IMG/VR virus record: IMGVR_UViG_3300032249_000925
Coordinates: 35,363 to 99,362 of that record
Strand: one strand, 5' to 3'
DNA length: 64,000 bases
Source of the DNA: a virus
Shown here: one piece after another, positions 18,374 through 29,271 of the stretch
Position numbering within the stretch: position 1 is the stretch's first letter
Layout: each line of letters opens with the position of its first letter
Program-made: the position numbers and the translations under genes
Notes under the pieces: generated by a model
Told to the model about the DNA's origin: nothing
Databases searched by the model: none
The model's input: only the letters and a program-made list of their open reading frames with translations

Positions 18374-18997
18374 ATGGCTCGTAAACGCACTGAACTTGAA
18401 CAAGAACGCATGACTGACGCTAATATTGAGCGCGTTATTGGCTTGCTTGAACCTAAAGAGCAAGGCGTTAAACCTATTACTAAAAAAGATGCTTGCCAAA
18501 TCTTAGGCATGAGCTATAATACTACCAGGCTTGATCAAATTATTCAAACACACAAGGACCGCAAGGAGAAGACTGCTAAACGCAGAGCTGAAAAACGCGG
18601 CAAACCTATTACACTAGACGAAGTACAGTTTATAATTCAAAGCTATCTTGCTGGCGAGCCTGTAAGTGAAATCAGCAATAATACCTATCGCGGCACTCAG
18701 CTTATTAAGCAAGTTCTAGATACACACAATGTGCCTGTTCGTAAAAGTAGCCCAGACTATTTTAAGCCTGAGTTAATTCCTGAAGGTGCTATGCAAGACA
18801 AATTTGTTATAGGCGAAGTAGTGTACAGTGCTCGTTATGATTCTATGTGCAAAATACAAGCAGAACAAACACATCCAGAATATGGTTGGATTTATCGAGT
18901 ATGGCTGCTTAGCGAGCGCTGGTTACAAAGCGCATATCAACCAGCTTGTGAATTAGCTAGTCTTAAACATTTGCGTGAACTAGGAATTAAAGTTTAA
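18374..18997 (+). CDS. T5 D2-like DNA-binding protein
   Basis: TKKDACQILG helix-turn-helix-like segment; T5 synteny. Confidence 0.55.
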   Translation: MARKRTELEQERMTDANIERVIGLLEPKEQGVKPITKKDACQILGMSYNTTRLDQIIQTHKDRKEKTAKRRAEKRGKPITLDEVQFIIQSYLAGEPVSEISNNTYRGTQLIKQVLDTHNVPVRKSSPDYFKPELIPEGAMQDKFVIGEVVYSARYDSMCKIQAEQTHPEYGWIYRVWLLSERWLQSAYQPACELASLKHLRELGIKV

Positions 18998-19284
18998 TGG
19001 ATTCAAATATTCTATATGAAAAATTAATTGAGGAAAACTTAGATAAAGGTTTTCAGGTTAGGCTAGTAGTCAATGACTTTAAAGACGTTACTTACCTACA
19101 GCTTAGAAAATATTTTTTAAGCTATGAAGGTGACTGGATTCCTAGTCGCGAAGGTGTAAGTATTCCCGCCTCACTACAAAATATCTATAGTTTGCTAGAC
19201 GGATTATTTGATATTTGTAGTCAAGCAGAAGGTGAAGAAATTATTAAAAGCTATGCTCGTCAGTTACTAGAAAAACCTACTTGA
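18997..19284 (+). CDS. PC4/p15-like ssDNA-binding protein
   Basis: VNDFKDVTYLQLRKYF..EGDWIPSREGVSIP. Confidence 0.75.
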   Translation: MDSNILYEKLIEENLDKGFQVRLVVNDFKDVTYLQLRKYFLSYEGDWIPSREGVSIPASLQNIYSLLDGLFDICSQAEGEEIIKSYARQLLEKPT

Positions 19285-19309
19285 TTTTAGCCCATTAAAC
19301 TGGTATAAT
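19281..19309 (+). promoter_or_regulatory. sigma70-type promoter
   Basis: TTGATT-17 bp-TATAAT. Confidence 0.75.
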
Positions 19310-19336
19310 ATATTATATTTTGAATAAGGAAATATC

Positions 19337-19969
19337 TTGAAACAAACCGTTGCAATTTTTGTTCATGATCCTGTGTGTGAAGTAGAGTGTGCACTTGCTA
19401 TGGAAGCCGCACTTGAAGATAAATTTGAAGTAAAACTATTTGGCATTGAAGATCTTAACAGTAAATTTTTGCTTAATGTAAATATTTTGGCTTTTCCTGG
19501 CGGTATTGGTGAAAGTGATCAGTTTGATGAAATTTTTGAGCCAGATCATGTTGACGCAGTTCGTGACTTTGTTAGTGATGGTGGCAAATATTTAGGTATT
19601 TGTATGGGCGCTTACTGGGCTGGCAGCTATTACTTTGATATTCTTCACGGTATTGAGCCTGTGCGATATATTTCTCAAACAGATGCAGACATTATAACCG
19701 AAGGCCCTACCCTTGCTTGTGTAGAGTGGAATGGCAAACAAGAAGATATGTATTTTTATGATGGCTGCGCTTTTGTTGGTAACTTAAGTTTTATTGATGT
19801 TATTGCTACTTATGCCAACGGCGATGCAATGGCAGTTTATCAAAACACAGTAGGTTTGATTGGTTGTCATCCAGAAAGCGAACAGTGGTGGTATGAGCTA
19901 GATGACTTTGTTGGTTGGCACGAAGGGTATCATAATCAACTTTTTTGTGAGTTTGTGGAAGGTCTATGA
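19337..19969 (+). CDS. Class I glutamine-amidotransferase-like protein (BPL_N)
   Basis: FPGG, GGKYLGICMGAY (catalytic Cys), GCHPE. Confidence 0.85.
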   Translation: MKQTVAIFVHDPVCEVECALAMEAALEDKFEVKLFGIEDLNSKFLLNVNILAFPGGIGESDQFDEIFEPDHVDAVRDFVSDGGKYLGICMGAYWAGSYYFDILHGIEPVRYISQTDADIITEGPTLACVEWNGKQEDMYFYDGCAFVGNLSFIDVIATYANGDAMAVYQNTVGLIGCHPESEQWWYELDDFVGWHEGYHNQLFCEFVEGL

Positions 19970-20919
19970 CAATTAAACAGTATCTAGATAGTGCAAGTCA
20001 GGCTTATTATGCAGGCTCGCCTATTATTAGTGATGTGCAATTTGATCGCCTAGCCGAAATTGCAAAATATTCGGCTGTAGGCGCTCAAGCTACAGGCGCT
20101 AAGGCTAAACATTACTATCCTATGTACTCGCTACAAAAGCACTATGAGGATGAAGGCAAGGCCAATCCACTAGCAGGCATGGGCGATATTAGCATGAGTG
20201 TTAAACTAGACGGCGCTGCTATTAGCTTGCTTTATGTAGACGGTCAACTAGTACAAGCGCTTACTCGCGGTGATGGAGTAGAAGGTCAACTAATTACTGA
20301 CAAGCTGCTTAGTAGCACTAGTCTAGTTCCGCATACTATTTTATCTAAAAAAATAGTACAAATTACTGGCGAGATTGTAGCACCTAATCATATTCCTAAT
20401 GCTAGAAACTATGCTGCTGGTAGTCTTAATCTAAAAGATGCGGACGAGTTTGCTACTCGTGCAATTAGTTTCTTTGCCTATAATGTATCACCTAATTTTC
20501 ATGATACATATGACAAAGATATGGTTCACCTAAAAATGTTAGGATTTAATACAGTTCAGGAAACTGATCTAGAAAAAATCTATCCTACTGACGGCGTGGT
20601 ATTTAGACTTAACAATAATAAAAAATTTGAAGAACTTGGCTATACTAGTAAACATCCTCGCGGTGCTTATGCTCGTAAAGAACGTGCTGATCATGTAGAG
20701 ACTAAATTGCTAGATGTTGAATGGCAAGTTGGCAAGTCTGGTAAGGTAACACCAGTAGCAATCTTAGAACCTGTGTTAATAGGTGATGCTATGGTTAGCA
20801 GAGCTACATTAAATAATCCAGGCTTTATTGAAGCACTAGGCCTAGAAATTGGTGATACTGTAGCGGTAGTACGCAGCGGAGAAATAATTCCCTGCATTTT
20901 ACACAAGGTAGAGGCATAG
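19966..20919 (+). CDS. NAD-dependent DNA ligase subunit A (adenylation and OB domains)
   Basis: KLDG, TRGDG, NARN, DGVV, WQVGKSGKVTPVA, RSGEIIP. Confidence 0.95.
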   Translation: MTIKQYLDSASQAYYAGSPIISDVQFDRLAEIAKYSAVGAQATGAKAKHYYPMYSLQKHYEDEGKANPLAGMGDISMSVKLDGAAISLLYVDGQLVQALTRGDGVEGQLITDKLLSSTSLVPHTILSKKIVQITGEIVAPNHIPNARNYAAGSLNLKDADEFATRAISFFAYNVSPNFHDTYDKDMVHLKMLGFNTVQETDLEKIYPTDGVVFRLNNNKKFEELGYTSKHPRGAYARKERADHVETKLLDVEWQVGKSGKVTPVAILEPVLIGDAMVSRATLNNPGFIEALGLEIGDTVAVVRSGEIIPCILHKVEA

Positions 20920-20930
20920 AAAATTTTCAC

Positions 20931-20959
20931 TTGCAAAACCTAGCCTAATACTGTATAAT
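20931..20959 (+). promoter_or_regulatory. sigma70-type promoter
   Basis: TTGCAA-17 bp-TATAAT. Confidence 0.7.
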
Positions 20960-20985
20960 ACATTATTAAATTTAAAAAACGCACA

Positions 20986-21747
20986 ATGAAGATCAAAATT
21001 CCCACTAATTGTCCGTGTTGTGAATATACCCTAGAGCTTGTTAACGATCAACTTTTTTGTCGTAACCAAGCCTGTGGTGCACAGTTAGGTAAAAAATTAG
21101 AGCATTTTTGTAAAACATTGGGCATCAAAGGCATGGGTGCTAAAACCCTAGAAAAACTTCAACTAAGTGATATTACTGAAATTTACTATCTTGAGCTTGA
21201 CGAAATTATCAAAGCACTAGGCAGTGAAAAAATTGCAGTAAAACTATTAGATGAGATTAATCGTTCTCGTAACAGTGATTTAGCAACCATACTGCCTGCT
21301 TTTAGTATTCCGCTTGTAGGTAACACAGCAGCACAAAAAATTAGCAAAGTAGTGCATAGCATTGATGAGATTACCCAAGAACAGTGTAAACAAGCAGGTC
21401 TAGGAGAAAAAGTTACTAATAATCTAATCTCTTGGCTAGAGACAGATTTTCAAGAAATGAAAGAGTTCTTGCCATTCTCTTTTACAGTAGATAATAAACC
21501 AGTAGCCAATGCAATCGGCGAAGTTGTTTGCATAACTGGTAAGTTAACTTCATTTAAAACCAAATCAGAAGCCACAAAAGCACTAGAAAATGCAGGTTTT
21601 AAAGTTACTGATTCAGTAACTAAACAAACTAATTATCTAGTAGATGAAGATAATAAAGGCAGTTCAAAACGTATTAAAGCCGATCAGCTCGGTATTACAA
21701 TCATCAAAAACTTATTACACTTCTTAAACGAGAAAAAATATGACTGA
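20986..21747 (+). CDS. NAD-dependent DNA ligase subunit B (Zn finger, HhH, BRCT)
   Basis: PTNCPCC..FCRNQAC, IKGMG, VCITGKL..SVTKQTNYLV. Confidence 0.93.
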   Translation: MKIKIPTNCPCCEYTLELVNDQLFCRNQACGAQLGKKLEHFCKTLGIKGMGAKTLEKLQLSDITEIYYLELDEIIKALGSEKIAVKLLDEINRSRNSDLATILPAFSIPLVGNTAAQKISKVVHSIDEITQEQCKQAGLGEKVTNNLISWLETDFQEMKEFLPFSFTVDNKPVANAIGEVVCITGKLTSFKTKSEATKALENAGFKVTDSVTKQTNYLVDEDNKGSSKRIKADQLGITIIKNLLHFLNEKKYD

Positions 21748-22486
21748 AAAACTTAAAAAATGGTCCGACGAAGCCGTTGCTCAACTTCTACAAATTGTAG
21801 GACATGAGTCTCCTGTATCGGTTTCTAAAGTTGAACAAGCCGCCGAAGCACTTGACGTTAGCACACGTAGTGTAGCTGCAAAACTACGTCAACTAGACCA
21901 TGAAGTAGTTAGCATGGCAAAAGAAAAAGTTAGCGCATTTACCGAAGACGAAGGTAATGCACTTGCTAATTTTGTTAATAGCAATGCCAATGTATTTACC
22001 TACAAACAAATTGCAGAAAAATTTGCTGATGGCAAATTTACAGCTAAACAAATTCAGGGCAAACTACTTGCTCTAGAAATGACTGGCAGCGTTAAAGCTG
22101 CTGAAAAAGTTGAAGTAGCACGTAGCTATACAGAAGCCGAAGAAAACAAGTTTGTTCAGATGGCTGAGCGCGGTAGCTTTATTGAAGATATTGCACAAGC
22201 TCTTGGTAAAACTGTTGCTTCAGTTCGTGGTAAAGCACTTAGCCTTACTCGTAAAGGCCAAATTGCAAAAATTCCAGTACAACGCGAATCACACGCTAAA
22301 GACCAAGTAGATCCAATCGTTGCACTTGGTGAGCGTATTACAACTATGACTGTTGCAGAAATTGCAGCTAAAGTTGATAAAACTGAGCGAGGTCTACGCA
22401 CCCTGCTTACACGTCGCGGCATTAATGTTGCTGACTACAAAGGAGCCGATAAAAAGGCTAAAGCAGAAGCTAAACTAGCTGCTTAA
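21740..22486 (+). CDS. T5 D5-like DNA-binding protein
   Basis: Repeated HTH-like units (RSVAAKLR, SVRGKALSL, RGLRTLLTRRG); T5 synteny. Confidence 0.8.
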   Translation: MTEKLKKWSDEAVAQLLQIVGHESPVSVSKVEQAAEALDVSTRSVAAKLRQLDHEVVSMAKEKVSAFTEDEGNALANFVNSNANVFTYKQIAEKFADGKFTAKQIQGKLLALEMTGSVKAAEKVEVARSYTEAEENKFVQMAERGSFIEDIAQALGKTVASVRGKALSLTRKGQIAKIPVQRESHAKDQVDPIVALGERITTMTVAEIAAKVDKTERGLRTLLTRRGINVADYKGADKKAKAEAKLAA

Positions 22487-22503
22487 ATCCCTTTAAACAG
22501 CAG

Positions 22504-22537
22504 GGCCGGGAGTTTTTATAGGCTCCCGGCCTTTTTT
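22504..22537 (+). terminator. Rho-independent terminator
   Basis: GGCCGGGAG/CTCCCGGCC stem plus T6. Confidence 0.85.
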
Positions 22538-22554
22538 ACTTTGGAAACCAGTAA

Positions 22555-22854
22555 ATGAAAGTTACAATTACATATCACGATTCAGAATCGTTTACTGTTG
22601 AAGAAGTAGTAAAACAAGCAGTTCATAATTATGGCCGTTTAGCTCAGGTAGACGTAATGCCTGATTCTACAATGGCCTATGATCATATCTATTTTGGTTT
22701 GCAACAATTAGTTACTCATGAACAGCTAAGTATGTTGTTTGATAAAGGTTCTAGTTATCAGCAAGATATTAAACGTCTGCGTAATCAAATTATTTACAAA
22801 GTAACAGAAATTATAGACCAAGTAATAGTAGATAATGAATCTAAGGTAGGTTAA
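22555..22854 (+). CDS. Hypothetical protein
   Basis: ORF coupled to the helicase gene. Confidence 0.6.
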   Translation: MKVTITYHDSESFTVEEVVKQAVHNYGRLAQVDVMPDSTMAYDHIYFGLQQLVTHEQLSMLFDKGSSYQQDIKRLRNQIIYKVTEIIDQVIVDNESKVG

Positions 22855-22855
22855 T

Positions 22856-24238
22856 ATGGATGTTTCAGCCGTAGTCTTAAACAAACTGCTTCAAGAGCAG
22901 AGCCTAGATATTTGGGCTAAGCTAAAGCTAGTGTTTTTAGATCCGGCTTACTCGTCCTTGTATAGTGTTATCAATAAGCATTATGAAAAGTATAATGCAC
23001 TTCCAAATTTTGATGACCTAGAACTTACATTGCGAGAAGGTCCTGCATCAAAAATATTAGCTACGCTAAAATTAACAGAAATTCCGGACGTAACAGCAGA
23101 AATAGCACTTGATGCACTTATAGATCAATATACGCAAAATGAAACTGTAAAACTACTAGATAAATTTGTGGATAAGCTTCCACTATACGATTCAAATGAA
23201 ATAAAAGAAAACTTAGCATCAATTGCACTAGTAATTGAAGAAAAAACGCATACTAGTGAAAAAGTGTTTACTATGGCTGATATAATGCTTTTTCAACATC
23301 CTGAAGATTTAGAAAAAGAACGCGTTTATCTTGGCCTTAATAATACTTTTGATAGTGTGCTTGGTGGTGTTGCTAGACAAGAACTTATCTTAATTGGCGG
23401 TAAACGAGGCAGCGGTAAAAGTATTACTTGTAGTAATATTTTTATTAATCAATACGAAGCTGGAAACAGCAGTATTTATTTTAGTATTGAAATGACTGCC
23501 TACGAAACTATGCAACGAAACTTAGCAATCTTAGCTAATGTAAATTTGCAAAATTTAAAGCAAAACAAACTAACTGATCAAGAAATATTACAAGTAGTAC
23601 AAGCTAGAGCTTCAATGTTTGAAGGCGCGGAGTCTGTAGCCGATGAGTTTTTACGTCACAGAGACAGATTTAAATTTGAAGAAACTTTAGTTAGAAACTT
23701 TAAACTAAAACCCGATAATCAAATGATTATTGTTGATGACAGAGATTTGACCCTAGGCGCTATTGATTTGCACATTGGTAAAACTAAAGCTAAATTTGGT
23801 GATAAACTATCAGTTGTAGTTGTAGATTATTTAAATCAAATTGTTATAGAGGGCAATAGTCAATACGATTGGCAACCACAAATCGAAGTCTCAAAGAAAT
23901 TAAAAAACTTAGCTAGAAAATACGAAGTAGTTATTGTAAGTCCTTATCAAATTGATGCTAGTGGTGAAGCCAGATTCGCCAAAGGCATTTTAGATGCAGC
24001 AGATATAGCATTAGTAATGGAAGCACATGAAAAAGATGCACAAGCAATTAGTTTTGAAACAACAAAGATTCGTGGGGGAAAAGAGATGGCATTTACATGC
24101 CCTATTAATTGGGACACACTTAGAATTGCCCCCCAAAGCATTGATCAACCATCTAAAAAAGAACCTGTTAAAAAAGCAAATAAAAAAACAAATAATCAAA
24201 CACAAGAACTCGCAACTGATTTACCTTGGGACGCGTAG
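22856..24238 (+). CDS. DnaB-like replicative helicase (T5 D6-like)
   Basis: GKRGSGKS Walker A, FSIEM, VVVDYLN, SPYQ. Confidence 0.93.
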   Translation: MDVSAVVLNKLLQEQSLDIWAKLKLVFLDPAYSSLYSVINKHYEKYNALPNFDDLELTLREGPASKILATLKLTEIPDVTAEIALDALIDQYTQNETVKLLDKFVDKLPLYDSNEIKENLASIALVIEEKTHTSEKVFTMADIMLFQHPEDLEKERVYLGLNNTFDSVLGGVARQELILIGGKRGSGKSITCSNIFINQYEAGNSSIYFSIEMTAYETMQRNLAILANVNLQNLKQNKLTDQEILQVVQARASMFEGAESVADEFLRHRDRFKFEETLVRNFKLKPDNQMIIVDDRDLTLGAIDLHIGKTKAKFGDKLSVVVVDYLNQIVIEGNSQYDWQPQIEVSKKLKNLARKYEVVIVSPYQIDASGEARFAKGILDAADIALVMEAHEKDAQAISFETTKIRGGKEMAFTCPINWDTLRIAPQSIDQPSKKEPVKKANKKTNNQTQELATDLPWDA

Positions 24239-24240
24239 AG

Positions 24241-25092
24241 ATGGATCCCGTTTTAGACCTGATTCAAAAAAACGGATTGCAATTCCAGGTATCCGGTCGC
24301 GACTATTTAATCAAATGTTTAAACCCAGAGCATCCGGATACAAATCCTAGTTTTCGTGTAGACAAAATAAGTGGAATAGCACATTGTTTTAGTTGTGGAT
24401 TTAAAACTAATATATTCAAATATTATGGAATTTTTAGTAACCCTATACCCATAAAAATTGCTAAACTAAAAGAAAAACTGCAAGATTTAAAAATGCAAGC
24501 ACACGGTGTAGACCTTCCTGCAGGCGCTACACCGTTTACTAAAACTTTTAGAGGCATTAGCCAACAAACTCTAAAACATTTTGAAGCTTTTTACACTAAT
24601 CAAGTAGAAAAACTACAAGATAGAATTATTTTTCCTATAAAAGATATAACTGGAAAAACTGCAGTATATGTTGCTAGACATATGCTATCAAACGGTAATC
24701 CTAGATATATTAATTATCCTAGCAAAGTTCAAATGCCTATTTTTCCTGCACAAATACCAGGAGGGTATAAAAGTTTAGTAATTGTAGAAGGCATATTTGA
24801 TATGCTAAATCTTTATGATAAAGGTTTAAAAAATGTAGCTTGTGCATTTGGCACAAATACCCTACAAGCAGACACAAAACTAAAAATGTTTCCGTATAAA
24901 GCTCAGGGCATTAGTCATATATACATATTATTTGACGGAGACGATGCAGGAAAAAAAGCAGCTGAAAGTTTAAAACTAACGCTTGAACAACTAGAATTTA
25001 TAGTTGAAATTATTAAATTGCCAGACGGAACTGATCCAGGTGATTTAGATCAGATTAATGTACAAAGCATTGCAGAATATATTAAAAAATAA
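24241..25092 (+). CDS. DNA primase
   Basis: CLNPEH..HCFSC zinc domain; TOPRIM VEGIFD, FDGDDAG, DPG. Confidence 0.93.
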   Translation: MDPVLDLIQKNGLQFQVSGRDYLIKCLNPEHPDTNPSFRVDKISGIAHCFSCGFKTNIFKYYGIFSNPIPIKIAKLKEKLQDLKMQAHGVDLPAGATPFTKTFRGISQQTLKHFEAFYTNQVEKLQDRIIFPIKDITGKTAVYVARHMLSNGNPRYINYPSKVQMPIFPAQIPGGYKSLVIVEGIFDMLNLYDKGLKNVACAFGTNTLQADTKLKMFPYKAQGISHIYILFDGDDAGKKAAESLKLTLEQLEFIVEIIKLPDGTDPGDLDQINVQSIAEYIKK

Positions 25093-25093
25093 C

Positions 25094-25122
25094 TTGATTA
25101 TTCTAGCCAAATACGCTATAAT
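25094..25122 (+). promoter_or_regulatory. sigma70-type promoter
   Basis: TTGATT-17 bp-TATAAT. Confidence 0.75.
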
Positions 25123-25142
25123 AAAGTATTACTGGAGAAATT

Positions 25143-27425
25143 ATGAAAAAAGTTGCGCTAATAGACAAAGCACCAAATCGCACTAGATATAGTGAATATT
25201 TCAATTTTGACTTTGATCACTATCATATGAGTGATGTGCCTATTACAAAACTGTTGAAAAAAGACGTTACACTGCAGTTTGATGCAGAGCCTTATGATTT
25301 AATTATACTTGTAGGTGCTGAAGCTGCAAAAGAATATGCTAAAATTACTAGTGTAACTAATTATGCAGGCCAACTAGTTAACGAAAAATTTGTTTGTATT
25401 ACAAATCCAGCAATGTTAGCTTTTAAACCTGAAGGCAAACCTGATTTTCAACGTGCTGTAGACAAAATTCTTAAATATTATAATGATAGCATTGTTGCAC
25501 CTAGTACTGGTGATTTTAGCGGTATTGATAACACAGACCAAGCAAAAGCGTACTTAAAAGAAATCTTAGCAAATGCACAAGGATATGTTGCCTGGGATAC
25601 AGAAACTACTAGTTTGTACCCTAGAGATGGATATGTACTAGGCGTTAGTTTAACCTATAAAGCCAAACAAGGCAGATATGTTATTACAGACTGCATGGAT
25701 GAGGAGTGCATAGATTTACTGCAACAAATTGCCAATAAATTTTATACCATTTTTCATAATATGAAATTTGACTATAAAATGATTAACTATCACTTAGGCA
25801 TTAATTTTCCTCGTGATAGAGTGCACGATACTATGGTTATGCACTATGTACTAGATGAAACAGATAGTCATGGGCTAAAACAACTAGCATTAAAATACAC
25901 AGACTATGGCGATTATGACAGTGCACTAGATGATTTTAAAAAGAGTTATTGCAGTCAATACAATATTTTGCAAGAAAACTTTAGCTATGACTTAATTCCT
26001 TTTGAAATTATTAGCGAATATGCCGCAATTGACACAGCCGTAACTTTTGAGTTATTTCACAAATTTTGGCCTATTGTGCAGGCTAATGAAAAATTTACTT
26101 GGGTATATAAAAATTTACTAGTAGACGGTACATTATTTTTAATGGATATGGAAGAAGTAGGTATTCCAATCTGTAAAGATCGTATGCACAGAGCTAACCT
26201 TTACCTAGACGATGAAATTCAGCGTGCTAAAGAAGTAGTATTTAGTTTTGATGCAGTTAAACAGTTTGAACAAGCTAGTGGAAAAATCTTTAATCCTAAC
26301 AGCGTAATGCAATTACGTGAAGTATTATTTGACTACTTGGGCCTAGAGCCTACTGGCAAGAAAACTGGTACTGGTGCAGTTTCAACCGATGCTGAAGTAT
26401 TGGCACAACTAGCCGAAGAACATGAGCTGCCAGGCGCAATTTTAAAAGTGCGACAACTAGGCAAAATTCAAAATACTTATATTCAAAAAATCTTACCGGA
26501 GTTAGACAAAGATGGGCGAATTCGTACAAATTTTAATCTTATTTTTACCACTAGTGGCCGGTTGTCTAGTAGTGGCAAATTTAACGCTCAGCAGATTCCA
26601 CGTGATAATCCAATCATCAAAGGATGTATCCGCGCACCACAGGGATATAAAATAGTATCACAAGATTTAGCTACTGCTGAAATGTACTATGCTGCTGTAC
26701 TTAGCGGCGACAAAAACCTGCAACAAGTATTTAGTAGCGGCGGAGATTTTCATAGCACAATTGCTAAAATGGTATTTAACCTGCCCTGTCCCGTAGAAGC
26801 GGTTAAAAAAGAATATACTAGTATGAGGCAAAGTGCAAAAGCAATTAGTTTTGGTATTCTTTATGGTAGTGGTGCAAATAAAGTTTCACAAACTGTAAGT
26901 AAAGCAACTGGCGAAGTATATCCAGTTGAGCAAGCTCGTGAAGATATTAAAGCGTATTTTGGTAAATTTAGCAGGCTAAAACATTGGCTAGACGAGCGCA
27001 AAAGTTTTATTGAACAAAATGGGTTTACTTATAGCTTTTTTGGCAGAAAACGCAGATTATCTAATGTGTTTAGCAGTGATAAAGGTATTGCAGCTCATGA
27101 AGTACGCAGCGGTATTAATGCAGAAGTACAGTCACTAGCCAGTGATGTTAATTTACTTGGAGCTATGCGAACTGCCAAGCATATCAAACAAGAAAAACTA
27201 GATGCAAAAATCTTTATGCTTGTACATGATTCTATTGTAGCACTGGTAAAAGACGAACACGTTGCGCAGTATTGCAAAATACTTAAATTAAATACTCAGT
27301 ATGATCATGGCTGTAGTATTCCTGGTACGCCTATTGGTGTAGATCAAGATATAGGCGAAGACTATAGCTTTGGTGATTTTGAGGTACGCTATGAATTTGC
27401 TGGAGATAAGTTGGCCCGTATTTAG
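25143..27425 (+). CDS. polA: Family A DNA polymerase with 3'-5' exonuclease
   Basis: DTETT, HNMKFD, SGRLSS, DLATAE, RQSAKAISFGILYG, VHDS. Confidence 0.97.
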   Translation: MKKVALIDKAPNRTRYSEYFNFDFDHYHMSDVPITKLLKKDVTLQFDAEPYDLIILVGAEAAKEYAKITSVTNYAGQLVNEKFVCITNPAMLAFKPEGKPDFQRAVDKILKYYNDSIVAPSTGDFSGIDNTDQAKAYLKEILANAQGYVAWDTETTSLYPRDGYVLGVSLTYKAKQGRYVITDCMDEECIDLLQQIANKFYTIFHNMKFDYKMINYHLGINFPRDRVHDTMVMHYVLDETDSHGLKQLALKYTDYGDYDSALDDFKKSYCSQYNILQENFSYDLIPFEIISEYAAIDTAVTFELFHKFWPIVQANEKFTWVYKNLLVDGTLFLMDMEEVGIPICKDRMHRANLYLDDEIQRAKEVVFSFDAVKQFEQASGKIFNPNSVMQLREVLFDYLGLEPTGKKTGTGAVSTDAEVLAQLAEEHELPGAILKVRQLGKIQNTYIQKILPELDKDGRIRTNFNLIFTTSGRLSSSGKFNAQQIPRDNPIIKGCIRAPQGYKIVSQDLATAEMYYAAVLSGDKNLQQVFSSGGDFHSTIAKMVFNLPCPVEAVKKEYTSMRQSAKAISFGILYGSGANKVSQTVSKATGEVYPVEQAREDIKAYFGKFSRLKHWLDERKSFIEQNGFTYSFFGRKRRLSNVFSSDKGIAAHEVRSGINAEVQSLASDVNLLGAMRTAKHIKQEKLDAKIFMLVHDSIVALVKDEHVAQYCKILKLNTQYDHGCSIPGTPIGVDQDIGEDYSFGDFEVRYEFAGDKLARI

Positions 27426-27918
27426 ACTTGGTGAACATAAGCCTACTATAGAAAATAACCTTGTCTACTATTCAAAAGAATACGTAGACAAGGAGTCACT
27501 AGAAACTAGAATAGGTTTACGTATTGTAGATGATAAATCTGTGCAAGGAAGTACACTAGGGCTACGTAGGCTAGTTATTACAGGCGCTAGACTTTTTCCT
27601 ATACGACAAGCTATATACTTTTTAGGTGATTTGATTAAAATAGCCAAACAAACTACATGGTTTATTGATAACACCGGAAAAGTATTTCAGTATAGAAAAT
27701 CTAGTCGCGCCAAGCTGACTGCATACAAGATTAAAAAAGTTTTGCCGCTTGAGGGTATGGGTGCTATTATCGAAGTGCAAGGTCTACCACAACGATTTAA
27801 ATGTATGTATGCACCTAAACCAGAGCAATATTATGCAGGCATACTTCGTTGGGGTTTAAGCTATGTATTATACGGATTTTATGATGAACAATTTAAAGCA
27901 ACATATAGGTTAGTATAA
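27391..27918 (+). CDS. Conserved T5-like hypothetical protein
   Basis: Sits between the polymerase and D10 as in T5; probable start ATG 27391. Confidence 0.7.
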   Translation: MNLLEISWPVFRLGEHKPTIENNLVYYSKEYVDKESLETRIGLRIVDDKSVQGSTLGLRRLVITGARLFPIRQAIYFLGDLIKIAKQTTWFIDNTGKVFQYRKSSRAKLTAYKIKKVLPLEGMGAIIEVQGLPQRFKCMYAPKPEQYYAGILRWGLSYVLYGFYDEQFKATYRLV

Positions 27919-29213
27919 TGGCTAAAGCAATTATAAGTAACAGAATTTACTTAGATAACCCTGGTGTAGAAGAAACCAAGCAAATTATAAAAACGCTTAC
28001 CTATAAAATTCACAAAGACACGGGAAGTAAGCAATTTAGTACTGTAGAAACTATCAGAAACTATAAAATTTTACCTAAAAACGTATTAAGTATACCACAA
28101 GGACGATTAGATTTAGTTCCTAAAAATTACGAAATTATAGAAAAACGCACACAAGTACCAGCACCTTTTCCTGAAACTAAATTTCCACTACGTGATACGC
28201 AACAAGTAGTTTATGATGAAGTTACAGATACGTGTTTTATTAATGCTTTAGTTGGTTGGGGCAAAACTTTTACTGCACTGCATCTTGCTAAAAAATTTGG
28301 TCAAAAAACACTAGTAGTTACACACACTACCGCACTACGCGATCAGTGGCGTGAAGAAGTAGAAATATTGTTTGGTATGCGTGCAGGAGTTATTGGTGGT
28401 GGTGGCCTAGATTGGGAAGATCATGCTATTACAATAGCCAATGTTCAAACACTGGTAAAACACAGCGCAAAATTAGCAAAAGAATTTGGCACAATAATCT
28501 TAGACGAAGCACATCACTGTCCTGCTAGTACATTTTCGCAACTAATAGATGATTTTCATGCCCGTTATAGAATAGCACTTAGTGGAACTATGATTCGTAA
28601 AGACGGCAAACACATAATGTTTGCAGACTTTTTTGGTCAACAAGTATATAAACCTCCACAATCTCATACTTTAAACCCTGAAGTTAAACTAATACAAACT
28701 GGTATTACGTTAAAACCTGGAGCTACTTGGGTAGAAAAAATTAATGCACTTACAGAAGACAAAGAGTATCAACAATTTATTTCTGCATTAGCAAAAATAC
28801 AAGTAGGATTAGGGCATCAAGTTTTAGTTATTGCAGATAGAGTTGGATTTTTACAAAAGGTAAAAGACTATGTTGGAGAAACCTGTGTGTTGGTTACTGG
28901 GGAAACCAGTTTTGAACAGCGACAACAAATCAAGCAACAACTACTCTCAAAAGAAAAAATGTGCATTGCTGGCAGTCGCCAGATCTTTAGCGAAGGCATC
29001 TCAATAAATTCTCTTAGTTGCGTTATCCTAGCAGTACCTATTGCAAATGATAGTTTACTAGAACAAATTGTTGGCAGAATTCAACGTCAACATGAGAATA
29101 AGCTGGTGCCGGTAGTCTTAGATATGCAATTTTCTGGTTTTATGGATAAAAAACAAAACAGGGATCGACTAGGATTCTATATGCGCAAAGGTTGGGAAAT
29201 TGAAACGGTATAA
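27918..29213 (+). CDS. SF2 helicase (T5 D10-like)
   Basis: GWGKT, DEAHH, SGT, EGIS, QIVGRIQR. Confidence 0.93.
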   Translation: MAKAIISNRIYLDNPGVEETKQIIKTLTYKIHKDTGSKQFSTVETIRNYKILPKNVLSIPQGRLDLVPKNYEIIEKRTQVPAPFPETKFPLRDTQQVVYDEVTDTCFINALVGWGKTFTALHLAKKFGQKTLVVTHTTALRDQWREEVEILFGMRAGVIGGGGLDWEDHAITIANVQTLVKHSAKLAKEFGTIILDEAHHCPASTFSQLIDDFHARYRIALSGTMIRKDGKHIMFADFFGQQVYKPPQSHTLNPEVKLIQTGITLKPGATWVEKINALTEDKEYQQFISALAKIQVGLGHQVLVIADRVGFLQKVKDYVGETCVLVTGETSFEQRQQIKQQLLSKEKMCIAGSRQIFSEGISINSLSCVILAVPIANDSLLEQIVGRIQRQHENKLVPVVLDMQFSGFMDKKQNRDRLGFYMRKGWEIETV

Positions 29214-29223
29214 AAATTTACAC

Positions 29224-29252
29224 TTGTAAACTTATACTTATTATGTTATAAT
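29224..29252 (+). promoter_or_regulatory. sigma70-type promoter
   Basis: TTGTAA-17 bp-TATAAT. Confidence 0.65.
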
Positions 29253-29271
29253 ATATTCTTAAATCACAAAA

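Noticed and set aside
19966-21747. DNA ligase split into two genes
   Set aside because: Established feature of T5-like phages; not a pseudogene and not novel
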